Under the pieces are notes generated by a model. The model ran no database searches. It saw only the letters and a program-made list of their open reading frames with translations, and had not been told where the DNA came from. A stretch of 64,000 nucleotides of DNA, from assembly GCA_042091155.1 (NCBI GenBank), contig JBELHZ010000006.1, positions 9,071 through 73,070 of the forward strand, read 5' to 3'. This DNA is from Gammaproteobacteria bacterium. Its GTDB lineage: Bacteria > Pseudomonadota > Gammaproteobacteria > Pseudomonadales > Azotimanducaceae. Positions 8,190 through 15,917 of this stretch are shown here, piece after piece (position 1 is the stretch's first letter; each line of letters begins with the position of its first letter). The translations under genes and the position numbers were made by a program.

Positions 8190-9209
8190 ATGAATACAAA
8201 TCGACAGTGGTTGCTAGCCAAGAGACCCAACGGTCTAGTGACTCGAGAGAACTTTGATTACGCAGAAAACCCGATCCCCGAACCGGCAGAGGGCCAAGTG
8301 CTCGTTCGCAACCTGTTTCTCTCCTTCGACCCAACCCAACGAGGCTGGATGGAAGATCGGCCCAGCTACCTGCCACCTGTCGGTATCGGTGAGCCAATGC
8401 GCGCAGGTTCCGTTGGTCAAGTAACCGAATCTCGGCACCCGGATTTCGCAATCGGCGATATCGTGCAGACCACTGGTGGCTGGCAAGACTTCGTCGTAGC
8501 GGCTCCAAATCAAGGCCCCATGGGCCTGACCAAGTTACCCCAGGGCGTCACACCTGAAATGATGCTCTCCGTACTGGGCATTACCGGTCTCACCGCCTAC
8601 TTCGGACTGCTGGATCTTGGCGACCCCAAGCCGGGTGAAACCGTGTTGGTCTCCGGCGCGGCCGGTGCCACCGGATCCGTCGTTGGCCAAATTGCGCGGA
8701 TCAAAGGCGCACGCGTTGTTGGCATTGCAGGCGGCCCTGACAAGTGCGCATGGCTCAAGGAAGAGGCTGGCTTCGATGACGTTATTGATTACAAACAGGG
8801 CAACGTTAACGAGCAGATCAAGGCCACCTGCCCCAACAAGGTAGACGTCTACTTCGACAATGTCGGTGGCGAAATTCTGGAAGCGGCGCTAAATCACATC
8901 AACCTAAAAGCACGAGTCGTCATGTGCGGCGGTATCTCCGGATACAACGCAACAGAACCGGTCCCGGGGCCCGCAAACTTGATGAACATCGTTACCATGC
9001 GAGCCCGCATGGAGGGCTTTATCGTCCTCGACTACATGCCCCGGGCTGGTGAGGCCATCGCCGACCTGATGCAGTGGATCAGTGCCGGCGAACTGAAGTA
9101 CCAAGTGGATTTACAGCAAGGTTTCGACAACATCCCGGACACGCTGCAGCGTTTGTTCACCGGGGCAAATCTGGGCAAGCAGCTGCTGCAAATCGCGGAG
9201 CCGTCTTAG
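8190..9209 (+). CDS. NADP-dependent oxidoreductase, MDR superfamily (YncB/CurA / alkenal reductase-like)
   Basis: 339 aa with nucleotide-binding motif VSGAAGATGSVVGQIARIKGARVVGIAGG. The overall layout matches the leukotriene-B4 dehydrogenase-like subfamily. Confidence 0.85.
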   Translation: MNTNRQWLLAKRPNGLVTRENFDYAENPIPEPAEGQVLVRNLFLSFDPTQRGWMEDRPSYLPPVGIGEPMRAGSVGQVTESRHPDFAIGDIVQTTGGWQDFVVAAPNQGPMGLTKLPQGVTPEMMLSVLGITGLTAYFGLLDLGDPKPGETVLVSGAAGATGSVVGQIARIKGARVVGIAGGPDKCAWLKEEAGFDDVIDYKQGNVNEQIKATCPNKVDVYFDNVGGEILEAALNHINLKARVVMCGGISGYNATEPVPGPANLMNIVTMRARMEGFIVLDYMPRAGEAIADLMQWISAGELKYQVDLQQGFDNIPDTLQRLFTGANLGKQLLQIAEPS

Positions 9210-9253
9210 AACCGCTCAGACCGCACGACACATCACTTGACGTAGAAACTACC

Positions 9254-10873
9254 ATGACCCAAGAAACACCCAGCAACGATATCCGTATCGCCACTCAATC
9301 CACGGGCTTTTATGCCGGATTCAACGTCTGGGTCGCCGCCATACCCAAGGTTGTGATTTTGGCGCTGATTGCTTGGGTTGCTGCATCGCCCAGCCAGGCA
9401 GGCCAGCAGTTGCTGAGCCTGCAAACCTGGTCAACGGCGTCTTTTGGCAGTTGGTACATTTATGTCACAGCATTCTTTACCCTAACCTGTCTAGCGCTGG
9501 CACTGTGGCCACGCACAGGCCGACTCGTATTAGGTCAGCCCGGGGACACGCCAGAATTCTCGCAATTCACTTGGCTATCGATGATGTTTGGTGCGGGTAT
9601 CGGTATCGGCATGCTCACCTACTCGACGGCTGAACCCATCTTTCACTTCGCGACCAACCCTGAAACCATCCAAGGCACCAGCACACCCCTAGATGCCGAC
9701 AACGTCCGAAATGCTTACAAATGGGCCCTACTACACTATGGCCTGACCCCATGGGCTTGCTACGGCGTCATTGGCATTGCCCTTGGGTACCTCAGATATG
9801 CCAAGGGGCTGCCCCTCACCATTCGCTCTGGACTGCAGCCATTGTTCGGATCGTCTTTGTCCGGGTGGTTCGGGCACCTCGTCGATATTGCTGCCATTCT
9901 GGCCACTCTCATCGGCTTGGGTGTCACCATCGGTTATGGCGTGTCGCAGTTTTCTGCTGGGCTGTTCAACATCAGCGGCCTCTCCTTTCTGGTGAACGAC
10001 AGCGGCCAACCTACCCTGAGCGCCCAAGTCACCGGCTTGGTACTGATCGTCAGTGCATCCTGTGTATCCGCCCTGTCGGGCATTCAGCGAGGCATCAAAT
10101 GGCTATCGAACATCAACATGGGTTTGTCCATCTTCTTGGTCAGCTTCTTCATCATCTTCGGTTCCACTGCATTCGCTCTTAGCACCTTTGGTTACGCCAT
10201 TTGGGATTACCTGCTCGCACTGCCGGTCATGTCGATGACGGTGTGGCAAGACACCAGCACCGAGGTGGGTGCGGCGCTGCAGCAGTGGCAAGGGGCATGG
10301 AACATCTTTTATTGGGCATGGTGGATCGCCTTCGCGCCCTTTGTGGGCTTGTTTTTAGCACGGGTTTCGCGCGGGCGAACCGTCCGCGAGTACGTGTTGG
10401 GGGCCATCATTATGCCGGCGATGATTTGCTTGACCTGGCTGGCCTTCGTTGGCGCGACGGCCATTGATCTGGAGCTACAGGGCATCGCCGGTGGCAGCAT
10501 TGTCAACGCCGACATTTCGGCCCAATTGTTCGCCACCATCAATCTCATGCTGTCACCGGACTGGGCCGTGGCGTTGTCCGTCGTCGTGGTCCTGCTTCTG
10601 CTGACCTTTTTGATCACCTCGGCAGACTCGGGAATTCTAATCATCAATACCCTGGCATCCGGTGGCAGCCAAAACCAAAAAGGTGCAGGTCATATCGTGA
10701 TCTGGGGTGTTATTTTTGCCGTGCTGATCGGCGCATTGCTCAGCGCTGGCGGCATGGATGCGCTGCGCTCAGCCATGATCCTAGGCGCCTTACCCTTCTC
10801 CGTCGTGATGGCCCTGATGGCCATCGCTCTGATCAAGGTCATGGTAAGCGACGCGCTATCTGATAGCGATTAG
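9254..10873 (+). CDS. BCCT family (betaine/carnitine/choline) transporter
   Basis: Polytopic membrane protein with the BCCT signature NIFYWAWWIAFAPFVGLFLARVSRGRTVREY. Start trimmed to the ATG at 9254 (MTQETPSND). Confidence 0.9.
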   Translation: MTQETPSNDIRIATQSTGFYAGFNVWVAAIPKVVILALIAWVAASPSQAGQQLLSLQTWSTASFGSWYIYVTAFFTLTCLALALWPRTGRLVLGQPGDTPEFSQFTWLSMMFGAGIGIGMLTYSTAEPIFHFATNPETIQGTSTPLDADNVRNAYKWALLHYGLTPWACYGVIGIALGYLRYAKGLPLTIRSGLQPLFGSSLSGWFGHLVDIAAILATLIGLGVTIGYGVSQFSAGLFNISGLSFLVNDSGQPTLSAQVTGLVLIVSASCVSALSGIQRGIKWLSNINMGLSIFLVSFFIIFGSTAFALSTFGYAIWDYLLALPVMSMTVWQDTSTEVGAALQQWQGAWNIFYWAWWIAFAPFVGLFLARVSRGRTVREYVLGAIIMPAMICLTWLAFVGATAIDLELQGIAGGSIVNADISAQLFATINLMLSPDWAVALSVVVVLLLLTFLITSADSGILIINTLASGGSQNQKGAGHIVIWGVIFAVLIGALLSAGGMDALRSAMILGALPFSVVMALMAIALIKVMVSDALSDSD

Positions 10874-10891
10874 CAGACCGTACTCGCCTTG

Positions 10892-11749
10892 TTATGGCAG
10901 GTCGGTAAAGCCCGGCCCGCTGGAGCGTCGCCCCAGAGCATGCTCTGGAGGCAAGACCTCTCGACGGCCGGTGTCGTCGAAGGGATCTGAGTAATAACCC
11001 AACGCGTACTCACCTTGGGTATACCCCAGCAGCTCTTGCAGCCTGGGATCAAAATCTTTCGCCAGTTCCGGTGGACACGACAGATATTGATTTTCTTCCT
11101 GACGCAGCCAGCCCAAACAGTAGGTCAAATTCAAACCCAACCGAGGCGCACTCGATCGATTGGCACCGCCGTGATGCAGGATACTGCCGGTATAAAAAAA
11201 CACCGATCCCCTCGTCATTTCTGCCTGAACCATTTGCTCAGGCTCAGGCTTTTGCTCCCATGGCCAGCGATGACTACCGGGAACGCAATGGGTGGCACCG
11301 TTTTCCGCAGTGAAATCTGTCATCGCCCAAATCGTGTTTAATTGGGGTTCAACGCTGAGCGGTAAATAGGTGCCCCAGGCGTATCGGTCTCGATGAATTT
11401 GCTGGGCCGGACTGTCCGGATGAATTTGAATCGTTTGCGTGAGGTGCAACTGGATTTTACTCGTGAAAGGCTGCAAAAAAGCTTCCGCCGCGCCGAGCAC
11501 CATCTCGTTTACGATCAAGTCTCGGCAGGTTGCTGAACGGGAAGCGAGCGCACCGGTTCGCTTAGTCGTTTTGCCTGTAAAGTCGTCCCGACCCATGGGC
11601 GTTCTCTCAACATAGGGCATGACTTCTTCGTTGAATCGATCCACGGTTTGCGCATCGATGACATCCTTGACGATCACCGCCCCAGCTTCTGCAAGCGCCG
11701 CGAGTACCTCAGCCGACGATGCGTTGGGACCCAGTGTTTTCAGATTCAT
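10892..11749 (-). CDS. phytanoyl-CoA dioxygenase (PhyH) family Fe(II)/2-oxoglutarate oxygenase
   Basis: 285 aa with IHRDRYAW and ENGATHCVPGSHRW motifs typical of the PhyH family. Confidence 0.85.
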   Translation of the reverse strand: MNLKTLGPNASSAEVLAALAEAGAVIVKDVIDAQTVDRFNEEVMPYVERTPMGRDDFTGKTTKRTGALASRSATCRDLIVNEMVLGAAEAFLQPFTSKIQLHLTQTIQIHPDSPAQQIHRDRYAWGTYLPLSVEPQLNTIWAMTDFTAENGATHCVPGSHRWPWEQKPEPEQMVQAEMTRGSVFFYTGSILHHGGANRSSAPRLGLNLTYCLGWLRQEENQYLSCPPELAKDFDPRLQELLGYTQGEYALGYYSDPFDDTGRREVLPPEHALGRRSSGPGFTDLP

Positions 11750-11752
11750 GGA

Positions 11753-12673
11753 CTATTCCTTTTGAATTAGAGTTTTCAATACAGCGCGCGTGTCCAAGCG
11801 TTGCTCTGTGTTCAAACAATACTCCGAGGGTGCAAAGTCTGTCACGCCGGCCACAGCCAGCGCCGCGATGCCGTCTTCGACCTCTGCAGCACTGCCCACG
11901 ATGGCTAAATCGGCCGGGCCTTCGACGCCTTCACGTTCGAACATGGCTCGATACGAGGGCAGCTTGCCGTACATCGACAACCCCCGGCCAATCGACTCAC
12001 GAATCTTGGACGGCTCCGACGTCACACAGACGGGCAAGGTGGCCAGTATTCTCGGTGCAGACGCCCCAGCGGCGGCAGCAGCATCGCTGATCGCCGGAAC
12101 GATATGTTCTTTTACGGTTTTGGGCCCCACCCATGCCAGCGTGGTGCCCTGGGCTAGCCGGCCGGCAACGGCCAAGGCTTGAGGACCAAGGGCTGCGACC
12201 AATACTTCCACCGGCTTCTCCGGCGGCTGAAAAAACCGGCCGCTGGAACAAAAGAGCTCACCGCTGAAGTCCACCTCACCGTCGCTCAGCAGAGGCATCA
12301 AAACGTTCAAATACTCGCGCAAATGGCGGATTGGTCGGTCAAAGGCGATACCCAGCTGCGCCATCATGGGCTCATGAGATAAACCGATGCCCAACGTAAA
12401 ACGTCCGCCCAGCGAATTCGCCGCGGTAAGCGCCTGGCCGGCAAGCGCCATCGGGTGTCTGGGAAATGTCGGCACGATTGCCGTGCCCAATTCGATATCA
12501 GGCACCTGAGCCCCCACCAGCGCCAAGACTGTGATGGCATCAAAACCGCCGGTTGGGTGTTCCGCCAGCCAATAGTGGGCGAAGCCGTCTTCAGCCGACT
12601 GTCTTGCATGATCGGTGACCGCTTGAACCGACGCTTGCTGCACCAATCCCGTGCCATTTATCCCAAGTCTCAT
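11753..12673 (-). CDS. luciferase-like monooxygenase (LLM) class oxidoreductase, F420-dependent-type subfamily
   Basis: 306 aa, MRLGINGTG...HYWLAEHP...LGIGLSHEP, an LLM TIM-barrel pattern. The cofactor assignment is by family resemblance only. Confidence 0.75.
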   Translation of the reverse strand: MRLGINGTGLVQQASVQAVTDHARQSAEDGFAHYWLAEHPTGGFDAITVLALVGAQVPDIELGTAIVPTFPRHPMALAGQALTAANSLGGRFTLGIGLSHEPMMAQLGIAFDRPIRHLREYLNVLMPLLSDGEVDFSGELFCSSGRFFQPPEKPVEVLVAALGPQALAVAGRLAQGTTLAWVGPKTVKEHIVPAISDAAAAAGASAPRILATLPVCVTSEPSKIRESIGRGLSMYGKLPSYRAMFEREGVEGPADLAIVGSAAEVEDGIAALAVAGVTDFAPSEYCLNTEQRLDTRAVLKTLIQKE

Positions 12674-12731
12674 CCCTTTTCCCCATACCCTGACTGATTG
12701 ACTGACTGGCGATGTATTGCCCCAGAGACAT

Positions 12732-13673
12732 TCACGTAAAGTCGATCACCATCCGACCTCGTGTACCACCCGCAGCCAGGCGTTGATGCGCGTCGCCAGC
12801 CCGTTCTGGAGGCACGGTATCCGCCACCCGAAGGGTTAACTGTCCTTGTTCCGCCTGCTGACGCAGCGCGTCCAACAAGTCGTAGCGTTCGTTGTACTGG
12901 GTCACCCAGGTTTCGGTAAATCGAATATCCCGCTGGGGCTCGCCTCTAAAGCCGCGAATGGCGGTAAAGGCACCACCATCTTTCACCGCAGGAATCGCCT
13001 TATCGTTCAGCAACGCACCATCGGCCACACCATCAACCCCATCGGGAAAGTGCTCTCGGATACGTTCTGCAAAGCCCTCGCCTCTGGCAATGACCACATC
13101 GGCGCCCAGCGTTTGAAGCAGTGCCCGATCGCTTTGCGCTGCATCGGCGATAACCGTCAAACCAGCAGCTTTTGCCAGCTCGATCACGTAGCCGCCATAA
13201 GCGCCCGGGCCGCCAGTGACAGCCAACACCTGACCGGGGGAAAGCTCCAACAGATCTAGGGAGAGCCGAGCCGTTAAGGCATTCATTGGCAACGTAGAGG
13301 CTTGCAGGTGCGTGGTGTTCGCGGGCGCTGGTACCACCGCATGTTGGTTCAGAACCAACTGCTCTCGGTAGGCACCGTGACTCGCCTTAGGCACCACCAT
13401 GGCCATGACGCGATCACCCACTTTAATGCCTGTTGAGACACCCTCACCGACCTGATCGACCACACCCGCAGCGTCCATACCGGGCACATAGGGCGGTGGG
13501 AACTGGCTCTGCAATTTCGCTCGGGTGCCGTCCCGGGCAACAATGTCCGTGGGATTAACCGCCGCAGCAAAGTTTCGAATCCGAATCTGACCGGGACCCG
13601 CGGTAATCGCTTCTAAGTCCACAACCTCTAGCACCTCTGGCCCGCCATGGACCATTAAACCGACTGCTCGCAC
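12732..13673 (-). CDS. NADPH:quinone oxidoreductase / zinc-type alcohol dehydrogenase family protein
   Basis: 313 aa, MRAVGLMVHGGPEVLEVVDL...VNPTD...VTGGPGAYGGYVIELAK. First gene of a three-gene operon (gaps 58 and 3 nt). Confidence 0.85.
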   Translation of the reverse strand: MRAVGLMVHGGPEVLEVVDLEAITAGPGQIRIRNFAAAVNPTDIVARDGTRAKLQSQFPPPYVPGMDAAGVVDQVGEGVSTGIKVGDRVMAMVVPKASHGAYREQLVLNQHAVVPAPANTTHLQASTLPMNALTARLSLDLLELSPGQVLAVTGGPGAYGGYVIELAKAAGLTVIADAAQSDRALLQTLGADVVIARGEGFAERIREHFPDGVDGVADGALLNDKAIPAVKDGGAFTAIRGFRGEPQRDIRFTETWVTQYNERYDLLDALRQQAEQGQLTLRVADTVPPERAGDAHQRLAAGGTRGRMVIDFT

Positions 13674-13821
13674 GATAACTCTCCCCAGGATGACGGTTAA
13701 GCATTAATCCAGCGTCTTAAACGAATATTAAAAAGTGACAAAACTGCCTAACAAGCCCTAAGACAACATACATTTTATGATTACCTTCTGGTACCTTCTA
13801 GGTCAAAAATAAGAGGGGTGA

Positions 13822-14880
13822 ATGATGGCTTCTGAGGAAATTTCTGGGGACATTTTCGATCACGAAACGTCAGTGCTCGAGACATCACTGGCGCTCGTTG
13901 ATTCTGGCGACGCATCGACCGATGACCACCAAAAGCTAACAAAGGAGTATCAAAAGCTCCTAAAAACCACGCGCCGCATCATCAAACTCAGTGACAAAAG
14001 CGAAAAACGCCTAACGGAGCTGTCTCATGAGGCTCAAGAAACCAACCGACAATTAGAGGGCCTTTCAACGCAGCTGTCTAAATATTTGTCGCCCCAGCTC
14101 TATCAGTCAATCTTCACGGGCTCGAAAGCCGTCGCCCGAACAAGCTCACGAAAAAAACTCACGGTGTTCTTCGCGGACCTGTGCGGCTTTACCAACATCG
14201 CCGAAAACCTGGAATCCGAAGATGTTGCCGAAATGCTGAATCTGTATCTCGGCACGATGACAGAGATCGCTCTGGGTTACGGGGCTACCGTGGACAAGTA
14301 CATTGGTGACGCCATCATGCTGTTTTTTGGCGACCCGGAATCCAAGGGCGTTAAAGAAGACGCCATCAACTGCGTCAACATGGCCATGGAGATGCAGCGC
14401 ACCCTCAAGGGCATGCAGGACAACTGGCATCACTACGGCCTGCAGGAGCCCTTAGAGATGCGCATTGGTATCGCCACGGGTTTCTGCACGGTCGGGAACT
14501 TTGGCAGCGAATTGCGCCTGGAGTACACCGCAGTGGGTTCCGGCGTCAATACCGCTTCACGACTGGAAACCGCCGCTGACAACGGTGATATCTTGATGTC
14601 CTTCGACACCTACTCCTTGGTCAGCGACCGAATTCCCTGTCAGGAACTCGATACCATACATCTCAAAGGCATCGGCCCTGTGAGAACCTTTCGACCCGTC
14701 ACCGACGACGGAAGCGGGCTGTCTCGGCTGTCGCTGGAAATTGGTACCTCTGTCGTGAACACCGACATCAGTCAACTCAGCGCAGACGAACTTGAGACCG
14801 CTAAAGCGTCTTTGGAGAGAGCCATGGAGAAAGTGCAAACGCACTTGAAAGAGGGTTCCGCTCAAGAATCCTTGCTGTAG
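13822..14880 (+). CDS. class III adenylate cyclase with no recognisable sensor domain
   Basis: Catalytic domain motifs are LTVFFADLCGFT, VDKYIGDAIMLFFG, RIGIATGFCTVGNFG and GSGVNTASRLE. The Lys (DKYIGD) plus Thr (EYTAVG) pair predicts ATP specificity. The N-terminal ~110 aa look coiled-coil. Confidence 0.85.
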   Translation: MMASEEISGDIFDHETSVLETSLALVDSGDASTDDHQKLTKEYQKLLKTTRRIIKLSDKSEKRLTELSHEAQETNRQLEGLSTQLSKYLSPQLYQSIFTGSKAVARTSSRKKLTVFFADLCGFTNIAENLESEDVAEMLNLYLGTMTEIALGYGATVDKYIGDAIMLFFGDPESKGVKEDAINCVNMAMEMQRTLKGMQDNWHHYGLQEPLEMRIGIATGFCTVGNFGSELRLEYTAVGSGVNTASRLETAADNGDILMSFDTYSLVSDRIPCQELDTIHLKGIGPVRTFRPVTDDGSGLSRLSLEIGTSVVNTDISQLSADELETAKASLERAMEKVQTHLKEGSAQESLL

Positions 14881-14901
14881 GCATCTGGCGAATCGGTTGC
14901 C

Positions 14902-14932
14902 CGTCCAGCAGCACAGTCCGAGCCGCTGGACG
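14902..14932. terminator. hairpin in convergent intergenic region (8-bp stem CGTCCAGC/GCTGGACG, 15-nt loop)
   Basis: Seen directly between the cyclase stop (14880) and the SiaB-like stop (14943). No U-tract, so terminator function is uncertain. Confidence 0.3.
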
Positions 14933-14942
14933 AAGGGCTATA

Positions 14943-15476
14943 CTAGGAGACGTAGCCCCGGTAAACGAACACGGGGCCCTTCTCGGTATCGGCAATTTCA
15001 AACTCGAAGCGTTGCACCCTGCGAGCCATTTCGATGAAACCCAAGCCCGCTCCCTTTGACCCCTCTGGCGGGCCGCTGCGCAGTCGGTCTTTGTACATCT
15101 TTCGCAGCTCTTTGGCATCCTTCATGCTCAATTCGAGCAACGTACTCTCGAGGGCAGTGCGTTTATCAGAATCGATGGCGTTGACGGCCTCGATCAAAAA
15201 TCCGTCGTCCTCAGTAACGCTGATAGCGATGGTGCCAACGCCCTCTCCGGTATCCGCGCGCAGCGTGGCGTAGCGGATAATATTTTGGGCTTGCTCAACA
15301 AAGACGCCAAACACGCGCTTGGCGACCCCTTCGTCAGAATCTGATTCGCTCAACTGCTGCCGGACGGGATTGGATATCTGCGTCAGCAAATCTTCAGACA
15401 GTGGACCCGAATAGCAAAAAAGCGTACGTCGAGCCTGCATAAATTTGTGAAGTTCAAGAGTTTCGTCATTAATCAT
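14943..15476 (-). CDS. SiaB-family protein kinase-like protein (partner-switch kinase)
   Basis: 177 aa. Size, operon context and C-terminal GAGLGFIEMAR segment (ATP-lid-like) resemble the SiaB family. Last gene of the phosphatase/DUF1987 operon. Confidence 0.65.
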   Translation of the reverse strand: MINDETLELHKFMQARRTLFCYSGPLSEDLLTQISNPVRQQLSESDSDEGVAKRVFGVFVEQAQNIIRYATLRADTGEGVGTIAISVTEDDGFLIEAVNAIDSDKRTALESTLLELSMKDAKELRKMYKDRLRSGPPEGSKGAGLGFIEMARRVQRFEFEIADTEKGPVFVYRGYVS

Positions 15477-15528
15477 GGGATGGTCTCCGATGGATTCCGA
15501 GGCGTTATCGTCAGGTCAAAAAACCGAG

Positions 15529-15915
15529 CTATTCGGCATCACCTTCAGTGGGTACCTGAACCTCGACTAGCTCGAACACACAGGATTCAAGGTCTTCACC
15601 GAAATCCTCACCGGCTTCCAGCATCGTGTCGTCATCAGCGCGGTAGTTCCAGTTGACCTTGACCGCCAAGCCCGCCGCCGCCTTCTCTTCAAAGAACTCG
15701 AAGAAGTCAAAGAAGAACTTTGCCGACGAGCTATTGAAGTAAAAAAGCTCCAGGTCGACCGTAAAAGAACCGGCTTCCGGCACCATTGAGCGTAGCGTGG
15801 ACATCACGGGAGCCGAAAACTCCTGAATATTTTCCGGATAACACTCACCCACCATGCGGCAGGTTGCTTCATTGATTTCAATCAGCGGTGTTCGTTGCGT
15901 TGCTGCTTGTTCCAT
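15529..15915 (-). CDS. DUF1987 (SiaC-like) partner-switch protein
   Basis: 128 aa with the DUF1987 hallmarks GECYPEN and LELFYFNSSSAKFFFDF, and an acidic C-terminus. Its start lies 2 nt from the phosphatase stop. Confidence 0.75.
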   Translation of the reverse strand: MEQAATQRTPLIEINEATCRMVGECYPENIQEFSAPVMSTLRSMVPEAGSFTVDLELFYFNSSSAKFFFDFFEFFEEKAAAGLAVKVNWNYRADDDTMLEAGEDFGEDLESCVFELVEVQVPTEGDAE

Positions 15916-15917
15916 TT

